Source: a virus
Taxonomy: Duplodnaviria; Caudoviricetes
DNA: 64,000 bases
Virus record (IMG/VR): IMGVR_UViG_3300005937_000001
Span: 23,425-87,424 of that record
Reading direction: 5' to 3' (one strand)
Shown here: one piece after another, positions 18,204 through 26,756 of the stretch
Layout: every line of letters starts with the position of its first letter
Numbering within the stretch: the first letter of the stretch is position 1
Made by a program: the position numbers and the translations under genes
The notes under the pieces: generated by a model
The model's database searches: none
What the model was told of the DNA's origin: nothing
The model's input: only the letters and a program-made list of their open reading frames with translations

Positions 18204-18809
18204 ATGCCGAATCCCGTCTATGTAATGGACTACGCCAACTTGTTCTGCGGTTCTGGACCCGCAGATGATGAGGCCTCGAACCACCTGATCCTTACAGAAG
18301 TCAATCTTCCGGCGATGGACGTGCAGTACGCTGACCATCGTGCGGCCGGCGCGCCAATCTACATCGAGCTTGATACCGGCATGGCGCGTCTGGAATGCAC
18401 CTTTGTCCTTGTCGGCATCACGCCACAGGTGATGAACCTGGTGAACAGTTGGATCACCACGGAGCGCAAGTTCTTCTGCTACGGCAACGTGCGTGATCAC
18501 AACAGCGGCGTCGCTCTGCAGGCTGCTGCTGCTTTCATCGGTCAGCTTGGACGCGCCGATCCGCAGAACTTCCGCAAGGGCGATGTGATGCACACCAACT
18601 ATGCCATCCGTAGCATCACGCACTACGAGTTCGCGCTTGCCGATCAGCCTTTGGTGCTATGGGACTTTTTCACCAACACCAGGTTTTTCGGTGGCATGGA
18701 TAAGAACGCGGAGATCAACTCCAACCTCAACATCATGGCGCCGGCGCCAGAAGTTCTGCTCAGAAACTTCCAGGTCGCGCTCGATCCAGGCGCCGGCGGA
18801 CCAGGCTAA
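18204..18809 (+). CDS. Tail tube protein 2 (paralog)
   Basis: Same motif set (LP.MD.QYADHRAAG.PI.IELD); clearly homologous to 17678..18190. Confidence 0.8.
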   Translation: MPNPVYVMDYANLFCGSGPADDEASNHLILTEVNLPAMDVQYADHRAAGAPIYIELDTGMARLECTFVLVGITPQVMNLVNSWITTERKFFCYGNVRDHNSGVALQAAAAFIGQLGRADPQNFRKGDVMHTNYAIRSITHYEFALADQPLVLWDFFTNTRFFGGMDKNAEINSNLNIMAPAPEVLLRNFQVALDPGAGGPG

Positions 18810-18812
18810 TCG

Positions 18813-19298
18813 ATGACGCTAGATATTCTGCGCAAGCATGGCGGCTGGTGCGTTGAGTTGCAGCAGCCGCTCAAATATCGCGGCGACGATGTGTCGGCGA
18901 TCGAGCTACGCCGGCCAACGGCCGAGCAGACTATCCGCTGGAGCAACTGGCAAATTCCCTCGACGCTTGCACTGCTGAGTGAGTTGTGTGGTCTGCCAGA
19001 AAAATTAATCCGTCAGCTGCCATCGGACGATTTTGAGCGCGTGATGTTCGCGCTCACTAACGTTGTGCCGCCTTGGCTCAAGACAGATATGGACGAGGGC
19101 AAACGTCCACTCGCAACACCGGACGAGGTTCTAGCGGAAGCCGAACAAGCTGTCGTCGTGCCTGATCAGCAAGACCCGCGCTTCCCCGCGGTTGATGGTC
19201 CGGTCGTGCGCCTGCGCGAGCGCGAGCCGAAACCCACGCCGCCACCTGAGAAGCCAATCAACCTTGCACCGCCTGCAACGTCCGAGGTGGTGAGCTAA
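18813..19298 (+). CDS. Tail assembly chaperone (gpE/gp41-like)
   Basis: L..PL...G..V..I.LRRPT...L...LCGLP...I..L...DF motif; lies between tube and tape measure. Confidence 0.7.
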   Translation: MTLDILRKHGGWCVELQQPLKYRGDDVSAIELRRPTAEQTIRWSNWQIPSTLALLSELCGLPEKLIRQLPSDDFERVMFALTNVVPPWLKTDMDEGKRPLATPDEVLAEAEQAVVVPDQQDPRFPAVDGPVVRLREREPKPTPPPEKPINLAPPATSEVVS

Positions 19299-22200
19299 TG
19301 GCTGACGACGAAACTACCATCAAGTTACTAATCGAAGCTGAGGATCGCAGCCGCGAGACCTTCGAGGCTGCCAAAAAGCGGGCTGAGGACCTGGCTAAGC
19401 TTGAGATCGATCTTGCGAACAAAGTCAGAGATGCGCAAGAGAAGCAGGCTAACGGTCAGTACAAACTAAACATCTCCGCCAAAGAATTTTTTGATCTGAA
19501 AAAGCAGGAGATGAACGTCCATGCGCAGCTGCAGCAAGCGCAGATGGCGCAGTACGCTGCTCTGCAGAACTTGGTAGCTGCACATCAAAAACTCACCGCC
19601 GCAGTGACAGCGCACGGCAATGCGGCTACGCGTGCTTTTGGCTCCGCAGGCCAAGCTCTGCTTACTTATGGCAAGCACTTCTTGGCAGTCTCTGCGATTA
19701 TAGAAACTGGTCGCCGCGCGCTTGTAACCTTCGCCGAGTACGAGCGCGGCATGAACCGGATCGCATTGGAGTCCGGTAAGACCAGCAAAGAGCTTAACGA
19801 TCTAGGCCACACCTTCACTGCGCTGTCGGGTATGACCGGCCGCCATATGTCGGACCTGCAGGCTAGCTTTCTCAAGATGAAGGAGCAGACTACCGGACCA
19901 TTTCAAGACGTCGTGCATCTGTTTGAGCGTGTCACAACTGCAGCGCACGTCGCCGGCGTTCAGTCAGAGACTGTAGCGAAGATTGCCGCTACTGCGATGG
20001 CGGATTTGAAAATTCCGATAACTGAGATGGGTGACTATCTCGACACGCTGGTCAAGACAGTACCGGCATCGATGATGGAAACATGGGGTCATGTCGGCCC
20101 GCATCTCACGCAAGTTTTGAAAGATATAGGTTTTACCGGCAAGGAGAACGCCGAACTTTTACAAGCTGGATTTGCTGGAGCTGCGCGGGCACTCGGCAGT
20201 GCCGAGCGTGCGGGTCAAGGCGTGTCTAAAGTCATGACCATGGCTGGAGACATCTCAACTCGGCTCGGCACACTGATGGTGCCGCAAATTCAGAGGATTC
20301 AGCAAGCTGGCGGCGACGCCAGTGACGTTATGATCGAAGCTTACGAACGAATGAGAGCGTTGGGTGTCGATGACCCCAACCTGGTCAAACGCTCGCTTGC
20401 TCAACGAATGTTTGGCGTCACTCAGACCGATATCGATGCGTTGAAAGAGGCAGTCGAGCAAACACGCATACTCAAGGAGGTTGCGCACGAAGCCGGCACC
20501 GATGTCAACACGGTTCAGAAAGCGCTTGGTCTATTAGGCAAGGATTCTAAAACGTCGCTCGACACCATCACTGCCAGCTTCAACAACATGCTGGAGTCGC
20601 TTGGCGACATATTGGTGATGAGCGGTCTGCCGAACGCACTCAGTGAATTTCTAAAATCCACTGCTCGCGATATCGAAATGATCGTCAAGCTGTGGAAGTG
20701 GGTTGAAGAGCACGTCCCAGGCATGGGCAGCAAAGGCTACTCGGAACCTGGTGCTGAGCCTGGTGCACCGACGAAGCCTACTGCGCAAGGGCAAATGTTT
20801 GGCGGGGTCGGTCAGTTTTTTGGTCAGTCTGGTCAGATGAAGTGGGACCTGCTGATGCGTATGTTCGGCATCGGCGGCATGGTCCCAGGCGGAGGTGGCG
20901 AGCCGCAGGGGCCTGTGCTCCCGCCCGCGGTGCGTCAGAAGCTCGAAGACGACGCCAAAGCCGCCGCAGAAGCACGGCAGAAAAAAGAAGAGGAGATCAA
21001 AGAGAAGTACGAGCAGCGCAGACTGCTCATTGAGCAGCGGCGACAGCAGCGCAAACCGGCTTATGCGACTGGTGGTAGCTTCGAGGTTGGCGGTCAAGGC
21101 GGCGTTGACTCTCAAGACGTTTCCTTCCGCGCAACGCCTGGTGAGCGTGTAGACGTCACCACACCGCTGCAAGAAAGCCTGCAGCAGCAACAGGACAAAG
21201 CCGATATTGCGATGCGCGAGCATTTCTCGCGCTTCCACCAGACGGCCTTCACTAAAACGACTCCTGCATCTTGGTGGCCTAGTGGTGGTGTCCGTGAGCC
21301 TGGTGCTGCCGGCGGTGGCGGTGGGCGTAGTCCACTCAGTGGCGGTGGTCACCCCAGTTCTGGTGCTTCGACCCGAGGGCCTAGCAGTGGTGGCGGCCAA
21401 GATGGGTCAACTGGAACGACCGAGGCTCCTGGCACCGGCTCGACACCTCTCAAAACACCGACCAACCTCGATGTGACTTCACCTCAAGGGCCAGCACAAG
21501 ACATCCAAACTGCTATCGAGCGAGGCTATCTAAAGCCGCCAGACGCGGGTGGCACTGCAACAGGCGGCGGTAGTCCCTATCTCGCAAACCAACGCGCAGC
21601 TCTGTTCAAGGAGCTAGATGCCAATCCAGCCTTGAAGACGACAGTCGCCCGTCTCATCGCTACCGAGAACCACTCAACGGCTCCTGGCGCACGCGCTGCC
21701 ATCTTGGAACGTCTCGTCAATGAGGCAGTCCGCACCGGCAAAACAGTCGAGCAGATGGTCGGCAAGAGCGGCACCAGTTGGTATGGTCCCATCAAGAATA
21801 ATAACCTGCGCAATTTAAGCGACGAAGAAATGAAGGTTAGCCTGCGCGAGATGGAAACGGTGCGCGGCGGCAGCAACCTTATCGATTTCCGCACTGAACA
21901 GGGTATGTGGAACGATAAACATCGAGAGCATCCCTGGACGAAAAAAGTTGGAGTTGAGAAGTCCCGCCTCAAGAACATCCTTGGTGAGTATTTCAGCGAC
22001 GCGGATCAAGAAGCTCAGAACTGGGCCAATAAGCAACGCGAGGCGATGAAGACCTATGATGCTGCGCATCCGGCGGATGGGAAGCCAGCAGGGGCTACAG
22101 GCGCGCCAACAGTCGGCACTGCAAGCTCCGTCAAATCAGCAGTCTATGCTGGTCAGTCTTTCGACGCACAAGGTAATGTAGTCGATGCGCCTGCTGGGGG

Positions 22201-23308
22201 ATCAGTCGACCTCCCGACTTCGAAAACAGCTGTATGGGCGCCGTCCGTCGAGAAGGACCCAAACTACCCCAACGTCACCGAGCTGCAGCCCAAGGTCGCC
22301 AAGGACCGCAGGCAAGGTCTCGATCCTCGGCTTAAGTCCGCGCTCGACGTTGCAGCTGGTGAGAACGGTCTTAAGGTCGTTGTCACTTCTGGCGGTCAAC
22401 ACAAACACGGCGAAGGCGGCACGCGCACCGGAAGCCTGCGCCACGATCACGGTGGAGCAGCAGACTTTGATCTGGTCGACCCCAAGACTGGCAAGACGCT
22501 TGAGCGTAATGATCCGCGGCGTCTAGCGTTCTTGCAGCGTGCAGCCTCACTCGGTGCCGGCGGTGCTGGTACCGGCTACATGTCGGACAAGCGCAAAATC
22601 CACATGGGCATCACTGGTGCCTCATCAAGAGTCGGCGAAGGCCTTGGCGCGTATGCCGGCAATGATGCTGAACGAGCTGCCATCAACAAAGGCGTCGAGG
22701 AGTGGAAGAAGGACCCGACCAAGCTCGCTCGCATCATGAAGGAGCGCCGCGAGCTGGCGCAGAAGAAGGCTCAAGAGCAACAGGCGGCCAATAAGCCGGC
22801 CACTGCCCCAACCAACACCAAATCGGAAACTTCGAAACCTGCCGACGGGAGAGCCGCCGGCAAGAGCGCCGCTGCCGTTGCAGCTCACAACACTCAGATC
22901 GCTGCTGCTGATACTGGCGACAAAGCTGCCGGCAAGAGTTCAGCTGCTGTTGCCGCTCACACCGCAGCGAACTCACCGGTCGCTGATAAACCTGGTGGCA
23001 TCGGCTCTCGACAATGGGGCGGTGGAGTTCGTGCTGGCCGGCCGTACATGGTGGGCGAGAGCGGGCCCGAGTTATTCACGCCCGCGGGGCCTGGTCAGAT
23101 CACGCCTGGTGGCTTTGATATCGGCGGCATGGCTGCACAGTATCAGCAGTTCGCCGAAATGATGCGCACACCAATCCGTCCACAGATCGAGATGCCACGC
23201 GCGGGTCCGATCATGCGGCGTGCATCTCGACGCATCGAGCAGCAACGCGAGATCGACGTTAGCCGCATGTCGCGGCATGCCGCTCACTCTGACATTGGAT
23301 TTACCTGA
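19298..23308 (+). CDS. Tape measure protein with C-terminal peptidoglycan-hydrolase-like domains
   Basis: 1336 aa; helical Ala/Lys/Glu-rich N-half, ATGGSF.V motif, RHDHGGAAD M15-like motif, R..GG.V.AG.PY.VGE.GPELF.P end motif. Confidence 0.85.
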   Translation: MADDETTIKLLIEAEDRSRETFEAAKKRAEDLAKLEIDLANKVRDAQEKQANGQYKLNISAKEFFDLKKQEMNVHAQLQQAQMAQYAALQNLVAAHQKLTAAVTAHGNAATRAFGSAGQALLTYGKHFLAVSAIIETGRRALVTFAEYERGMNRIALESGKTSKELNDLGHTFTALSGMTGRHMSDLQASFLKMKEQTTGPFQDVVHLFERVTTAAHVAGVQSETVAKIAATAMADLKIPITEMGDYLDTLVKTVPASMMETWGHVGPHLTQVLKDIGFTGKENAELLQAGFAGAARALGSAERAGQGVSKVMTMAGDISTRLGTLMVPQIQRIQQAGGDASDVMIEAYERMRALGVDDPNLVKRSLAQRMFGVTQTDIDALKEAVEQTRILKEVAHEAGTDVNTVQKALGLLGKDSKTSLDTITASFNNMLESLGDILVMSGLPNALSEFLKSTARDIEMIVKLWKWVEEHVPGMGSKGYSEPGAEPGAPTKPTAQGQMFGGVGQFFGQSGQMKWDLLMRMFGIGGMVPGGGGEPQGPVLPPAVRQKLEDDAKAAAEARQKKEEEIKEKYEQRRLLIEQRRQQRKPAYATGGSFEVGGQGGVDSQDVSFRATPGERVDVTTPLQESLQQQQDKADIAMREHFSRFHQTAFTKTTPASWWPSGGVREPGAAGGGGGRSPLSGGGHPSSGASTRGPSSGGGQDGSTGTTEAPGTGSTPLKTPTNLDVTSPQGPAQDIQTAIERGYLKPPDAGGTATGGGSPYLANQRAALFKELDANPALKTTVARLIATENHSTAPGARAAILERLVNEAVRTGKTVEQMVGKSGTSWYGPIKNNNLRNLSDEEMKVSLREMETVRGGSNLIDFRTEQGMWNDKHREHPWTKKVGVEKSRLKNILGEYFSDADQEAQNWANKQREAMKTYDAAHPADGKPAGATGAPTVGTASSVKSAVYAGQSFDAQGNVVDAPAGGSVDLPTSKTAVWAPSVEKDPNYPNVTELQPKVAKDRRQGLDPRLKSALDVAAGENGLKVVVTSGGQHKHGEGGTRTGSLRHDHGGAADFDLVDPKTGKTLERNDPRRLAFLQRAASLGAGGAGTGYMSDKRKIHMGITGASSRVGEGLGAYAGNDAERAAINKGVEEWKKDPTKLARIMKERRELAQKKAQEQQAANKPATAPTNTKSETSKPADGRAAGKSAAAVAAHNTQIAAADTGDKAAGKSSAAVAAHTAANSPVADKPGGIGSRQWGGGVRAGRPYMVGESGPELFTPAGPGQITPGGFDIGGMAAQYQQFAEMMRTPIRPQIEMPRAGPIMRRASRRIEQQREIDVSRMSRHAAHSDIGFT

Positions 23309-23958
23309 TGGCCAACTTTGAAGAACGCTGGAACGGTGAAGCGGCCAGTGGGCCGTTCCCCGAAATCCCTGACAGTGAAATCCACCAGTACCAGCCGCGA
23401 GCGGAGAAGGTGTCGTGGCGCAACATCGCCGATCCATCAACTGGTCTTACGCACCGCACCAACACGCCGGCCTATGGGTTGTCGCAGCCGACCTACGATC
23501 CACAACCAAAGTCAGCGCTCTACATGTGGGGCCCGCTGGCGTTTGAAGTCTGGCCGCTTAACATCCACGAGTTCGACCACGAGACCGACACCGACTGGGC
23601 GCAGAAAGAGATCGCCGGCTCAGCGATCTTCCGCGAGTGGGTCGGAGAGAACGACGAGAACCTCTACTTCCGCGGCAAGATTTTTCCTTATCGCATCGGC
23701 GGCATGAGTGAGCTGGAGCTGCTGGAGGCTTCACGTCGCAAAGGCATTGCGCAAGCGCTGATCCGCAGCGGCGGCAACGAGGGTACGCATCTGGGTTGGT
23801 ACGTGATTGAGAAGCTCGTGCGCGCGCACAAGTTTCTCTCCTCTGAGGGTGTCGGCCAGGTAATTGAGTTCGAGGCAATCTTTACGCGCGTGCCCGTGCC
23901 CGATGATCCGACCGGACACTTCGCGCAGATGTGGACTGCAGGCTATGTTGGGGGCTGA
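23308..23958 (+). CDS. Tail protein U-like (tube initiator)
   Basis: LYMWGPLAF...W...EI.G....REWVGE....L...G..FP...GG motif; follows the tape measure. Confidence 0.75.
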   Translation: MANFEERWNGEAASGPFPEIPDSEIHQYQPRAEKVSWRNIADPSTGLTHRTNTPAYGLSQPTYDPQPKSALYMWGPLAFEVWPLNIHEFDHETDTDWAQKEIAGSAIFREWVGENDENLYFRGKIFPYRIGGMSELELLEASRRKGIAQALIRSGGNEGTHLGWYVIEKLVRAHKFLSSEGVGQVIEFEAIFTRVPVPDDPTGHFAQMWTAGYVGG

Positions 23959-23960
23959 GC

Positions 23961-24281
23961 GTGGCCATCATCGGTTTCGAGTTGCACAGGGTCGCTAGTG
24001 AATACGTCACGGTCGATCTAATCATTTGGAAACGCTACCGTGGCCGTGCCGAGGGCATGGTCGAGCTGATGCTCGACGCTAATCCGCACATCTCACACGT
24101 TCACCGCGTCACGCCGTTCTTGCCCGTCGGCGTCTACATTCGCGTGCCAATCGATCCCAACCTCGTTCTTGGCAGGCCTGCACCGCTCGCGCAGGACAGC
24201 CTGTGGACCGATCGTGAGGGCTATCGGCTCGGTGTTGGTCAGCTGCCGCCCCCAACACCAGCATCAACGACGACACCCTAA
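23961..24281 (+). CDS. Tail protein X-like (LysM-like)
   Basis: GTG at 23961; TVDLIIWKRY...VE..LDANP...LP.G..I.VP. Confidence 0.75.
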   Translation: MAIIGFELHRVASEYVTVDLIIWKRYRGRAEGMVELMLDANPHISHVHRVTPFLPVGVYIRVPIDPNLVLGRPAPLAQDSLWTDREGYRLGVGQLPPPTPASTTTP

Positions 24282-25492
24282 TGGCGACCTTCGACGACAG
24301 ATTTAACGCTGTTAATGAGCTGCACTACGATCCGCTCAAGCGCGACACGCTGATCGGTGAGCTAGACCCGTTCCGTGGTGCCTACAATCAAACCAATCGA
24401 ATGCGGGCGTACGTCGAGGTTATCGTCGATGGCGTTGATATCACCAACAAGATCGAACCTTTTCTGATCAGCGTACGCTTTCGAGACGGCAAAGAAAAAG
24501 ATTGCGAAATTGAAATCGATGACCGCGACGGCAGGTTGCCAATCCCACCATTGTACGCCCCTCTGCAGATATCGCTCGGGTGGGCACGTGAGGGTCTCTA
24601 CAATTTATTTCACGGCACCATCACGGACCTCGAACATGGTTTTGGCCGCAAGCAAGGCGGCCGTCGCATGTGGGTAAAAGGCAAGGGCTTGAACGACGTC
24701 GAGACGCGTTTCAAGGAGCCTATGCAAGACGTGCTCGGCCAGGGCGCGCCGCCTGGTCAGAAGCAAGGTGCCATGCATGGCCTGCCAGATTGGATAAAGC
24801 AGATTGGAAAGAACGCTGGTGTCAGCACCTACGTCAACTCTGCATTCTCGAAGTTCAAGCAGGACCACTGGCAGATGATGGGTGCCAGCCCGATGCATGA
24901 GTTTACATCGCTTGCAGACAAGTTCGGATCGATGCTGGAGTTTGGTCCGAACAACACGGTCTCGTTTCTGGTGCCAGGAGAACGCGGTGTGAGCTGTCGT
25001 GCAGTCTGGCGCGACAATTTAATTGGTTATCGTGTGCGCCCGTGGGAAGCGCGCACGTCGTATGGTGGCGCACAGTCCATGTCATTCGACAACATGGCCG
25101 GCGAGTGGCTGAAGCAATTCACTGACACGGCTAAAAAAGCGATTGGGCCAGGAATAGCTGCTGTCGCAAAGGGCGGATCACCAGGGCCGCAGGCAACTGA
25201 ACAAAGCGCCGGCCAAGCCAACGAAGGCGCTGGCACCACCATGGACTCCGCCTCCTCTGGTCAGGGGCGGATCGTCATCAATGGCGAGCCCCGCGCGCAG
25301 TACGCTAGCATGGTCAGCTTGGAAGGTGTTCGTCCAGGCGTTGATGGTCACTACCACATTTGGATCGCTGAACACATCTACTCGCGCCAGGGCTATGTAA
25401 CTTGGCTCGACGTCACGCCGGTCGCTAAAGCCGAGGGTTCCAACAACGTTTGGTACGGCTTTCAGCCGCGACCCCAGCCCAATATCGGCTGA
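24281..25492 (+). CDS. Baseplate hub / late control D-like protein
   Basis: V.VDG.DIT..I...LISV...D......EIEIDDRDG.L.IP...A.L.I.LGW; last in U-X-D order. Confidence 0.8.
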   Translation: MATFDDRFNAVNELHYDPLKRDTLIGELDPFRGAYNQTNRMRAYVEVIVDGVDITNKIEPFLISVRFRDGKEKDCEIEIDDRDGRLPIPPLYAPLQISLGWAREGLYNLFHGTITDLEHGFGRKQGGRRMWVKGKGLNDVETRFKEPMQDVLGQGAPPGQKQGAMHGLPDWIKQIGKNAGVSTYVNSAFSKFKQDHWQMMGASPMHEFTSLADKFGSMLEFGPNNTVSFLVPGERGVSCRAVWRDNLIGYRVRPWEARTSYGGAQSMSFDNMAGEWLKQFTDTAKKAIGPGIAAVAKGGSPGPQATEQSAGQANEGAGTTMDSASSGQGRIVINGEPRAQYASMVSLEGVRPGVDGHYHIWIAEHIYSRQGYVTWLDVTPVAKAEGSNNVWYGFQPRPQPNIG

Positions 25493-25522
25493 CTTTACTT
25501 CACATCGCAGAGGAGACTGGAC

Positions 25523-25897
25523 ATGGCTGCCAGCCTGGAAGATCGCGTATTGGACCTTGGGCTAAACGTCCTCGACAACGAATCTACAACGATCAGCGTT
25601 TGCTCAACCGAGCCGACGTCCATCGCCATTGCAGCGACCTCGGGCTTGCTCGGCTTCAAGACCGGTGCTGCTGGCGCCATGTTTGGCGCACCAAGCGCCG
25701 GCGCCCCTAACGGCAGGCAGGTGGCCTCGGTGGCAATCTCCGACGGCACCATTACCACCTCTGGTACTGCCAGCTGGTGGGCAGCCTATGCTGCCGGCAC
25801 GCTGCACGCCCACGGCACGCTCTCGGGTGCGCAAGTGGTCACCGCTGGCAACACCTTCACGCTGGCGAGCTTCACGATCAAGATTCCGGCGAGCTGA
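25523..25897 (+). CDS. Small virion structural protein
   Basis: D.VLD.GL..L...CS.EPT...GTA...A...L...Q.VT.GNTFTL.SF.I.IP family seen near phage fibre genes; SD GGAG. Confidence 0.6.
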   Translation: MAASLEDRVLDLGLNVLDNESTTISVCSTEPTSIAIAATSGLLGFKTGAAGAMFGAPSAGAPNGRQVASVAISDGTITTSGTASWWAAYAAGTLHAHGTLSGAQVVTAGNTFTLASFTIKIPAS

Positions 25898-26076
25898 TGA
25901 AAGAGCCTCCGCTCGATATCCAAGCCGAGTTCGCAGAAGAGTGCGAACATGTCATCCGCGCGCTGTCGGGGATGTGCTTCAGCTTCGATCAGAACGGGCA
26001 TTTCTTTCCGCTCGCTTCCGACATGGCCGTGCTTGCAGCCGCAGTAGACCTGCTCAAACGTGCTCGCTCAAAGTGA
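25897..26076 (+). CDS. Small hypothetical protein
   Basis: TGATG coupled; MKEPPLDIQAEF..., 59 aa. Confidence 0.45.
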   Translation: MKEPPLDIQAEFAEECEHVIRALSGMCFSFDQNGHFFPLASDMAVLAAAVDLLKRARSK

Positions 26077-26543
26077 TCCTCGTTCTTGTAGCGTTGTTAT
26101 TCGCAGCTCCGGCCTCAGCACGCGATCTTACGCTGCCCAACCACAAGCTAACGCCAGGCGTCACACGATCGCTCTCCCACGCCAAAATCTGCTCTACGAT
26201 CTGGTCCCGTGATCGCCGTTTCGTCACAGCTAAAATGAAGCTCAACGTCTATCATAGCTACGGACTGATCGGCCCGCGCGATCGGCGGTGCGTGCCCGAT
26301 GCACACGGGCGCCGGTGCGAGATTGACCACCTGATCCCGCGTTCGCTCGGCGGTGCTGATGTGCCCGCCAATCTCTGGCCGCAGCCGTTCGGTACCAGGC
26401 CGTGGAATGCAGCCCGTAAGGATCGCTTGGAGGTGAAGCTGAGCAGAGAAGTCTGCGCCGGCAAACTTGCGTTGAGAACTGCGCGCCGCATGCTAGTCAA
26501 CGACTACAGGATTGCTTATCGTCGCTACATTGGCAATCCGTAG
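26073..26543 (+). CDS. Signal-peptide-bearing HNH nuclease-like protein
   Basis: GTGA overlap start; hydrophobic VILVLVALLFAAPASA cleavage site; EIDHLIPRSLGGAD...NLWPQ...KD.LE HNH core. Confidence 0.65.
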   Translation: MILVLVALLFAAPASARDLTLPNHKLTPGVTRSLSHAKICSTIWSRDRRFVTAKMKLNVYHSYGLIGPRDRRCVPDAHGRRCEIDHLIPRSLGGADVPANLWPQPFGTRPWNAARKDRLEVKLSREVCAGKLALRTARRMLVNDYRIAYRRYIGNP

Positions 26544-26552
26544 GAGGAGGGA

Positions 26553-26753
26553 ATGGGCGTAGACAATCTCAAAGCCGCTTCTTTGGTCATTACCGTGGGC
26601 TGGCAGCCAATGGACACGTTCCCAAAGGATGGCAGCACCGTCGAGATCACCGACGCGAAAGGCTTCATCTGCAGAGCGCAGTGGCATAGTGGACGCATCT
26701 TGACTGCGAGCTTGAACATCGTCGATCCGACAGGGTGGCGAAACTTGGAGTAA
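26553..26753 (+). CDS. Small hypothetical protein
   Basis: SD AGGAGG; WQPMDTFPKDG motif common in small phage proteins. Confidence 0.55.
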   Translation: MGVDNLKAASLVITVGWQPMDTFPKDGSTVEITDAKGFICRAQWHSGRILTASLNIVDPTGWRNLE

Positions 26754-26756
26754 CCA

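Noticed and set aside
18813-19298. Programmed frameshift in the tail assembly chaperone
   Set aside because: The chaperone stop overlaps the tape measure start (TAATG), leaving no room for a gpT/E'-type ORF, and I saw no convincing slippery site.
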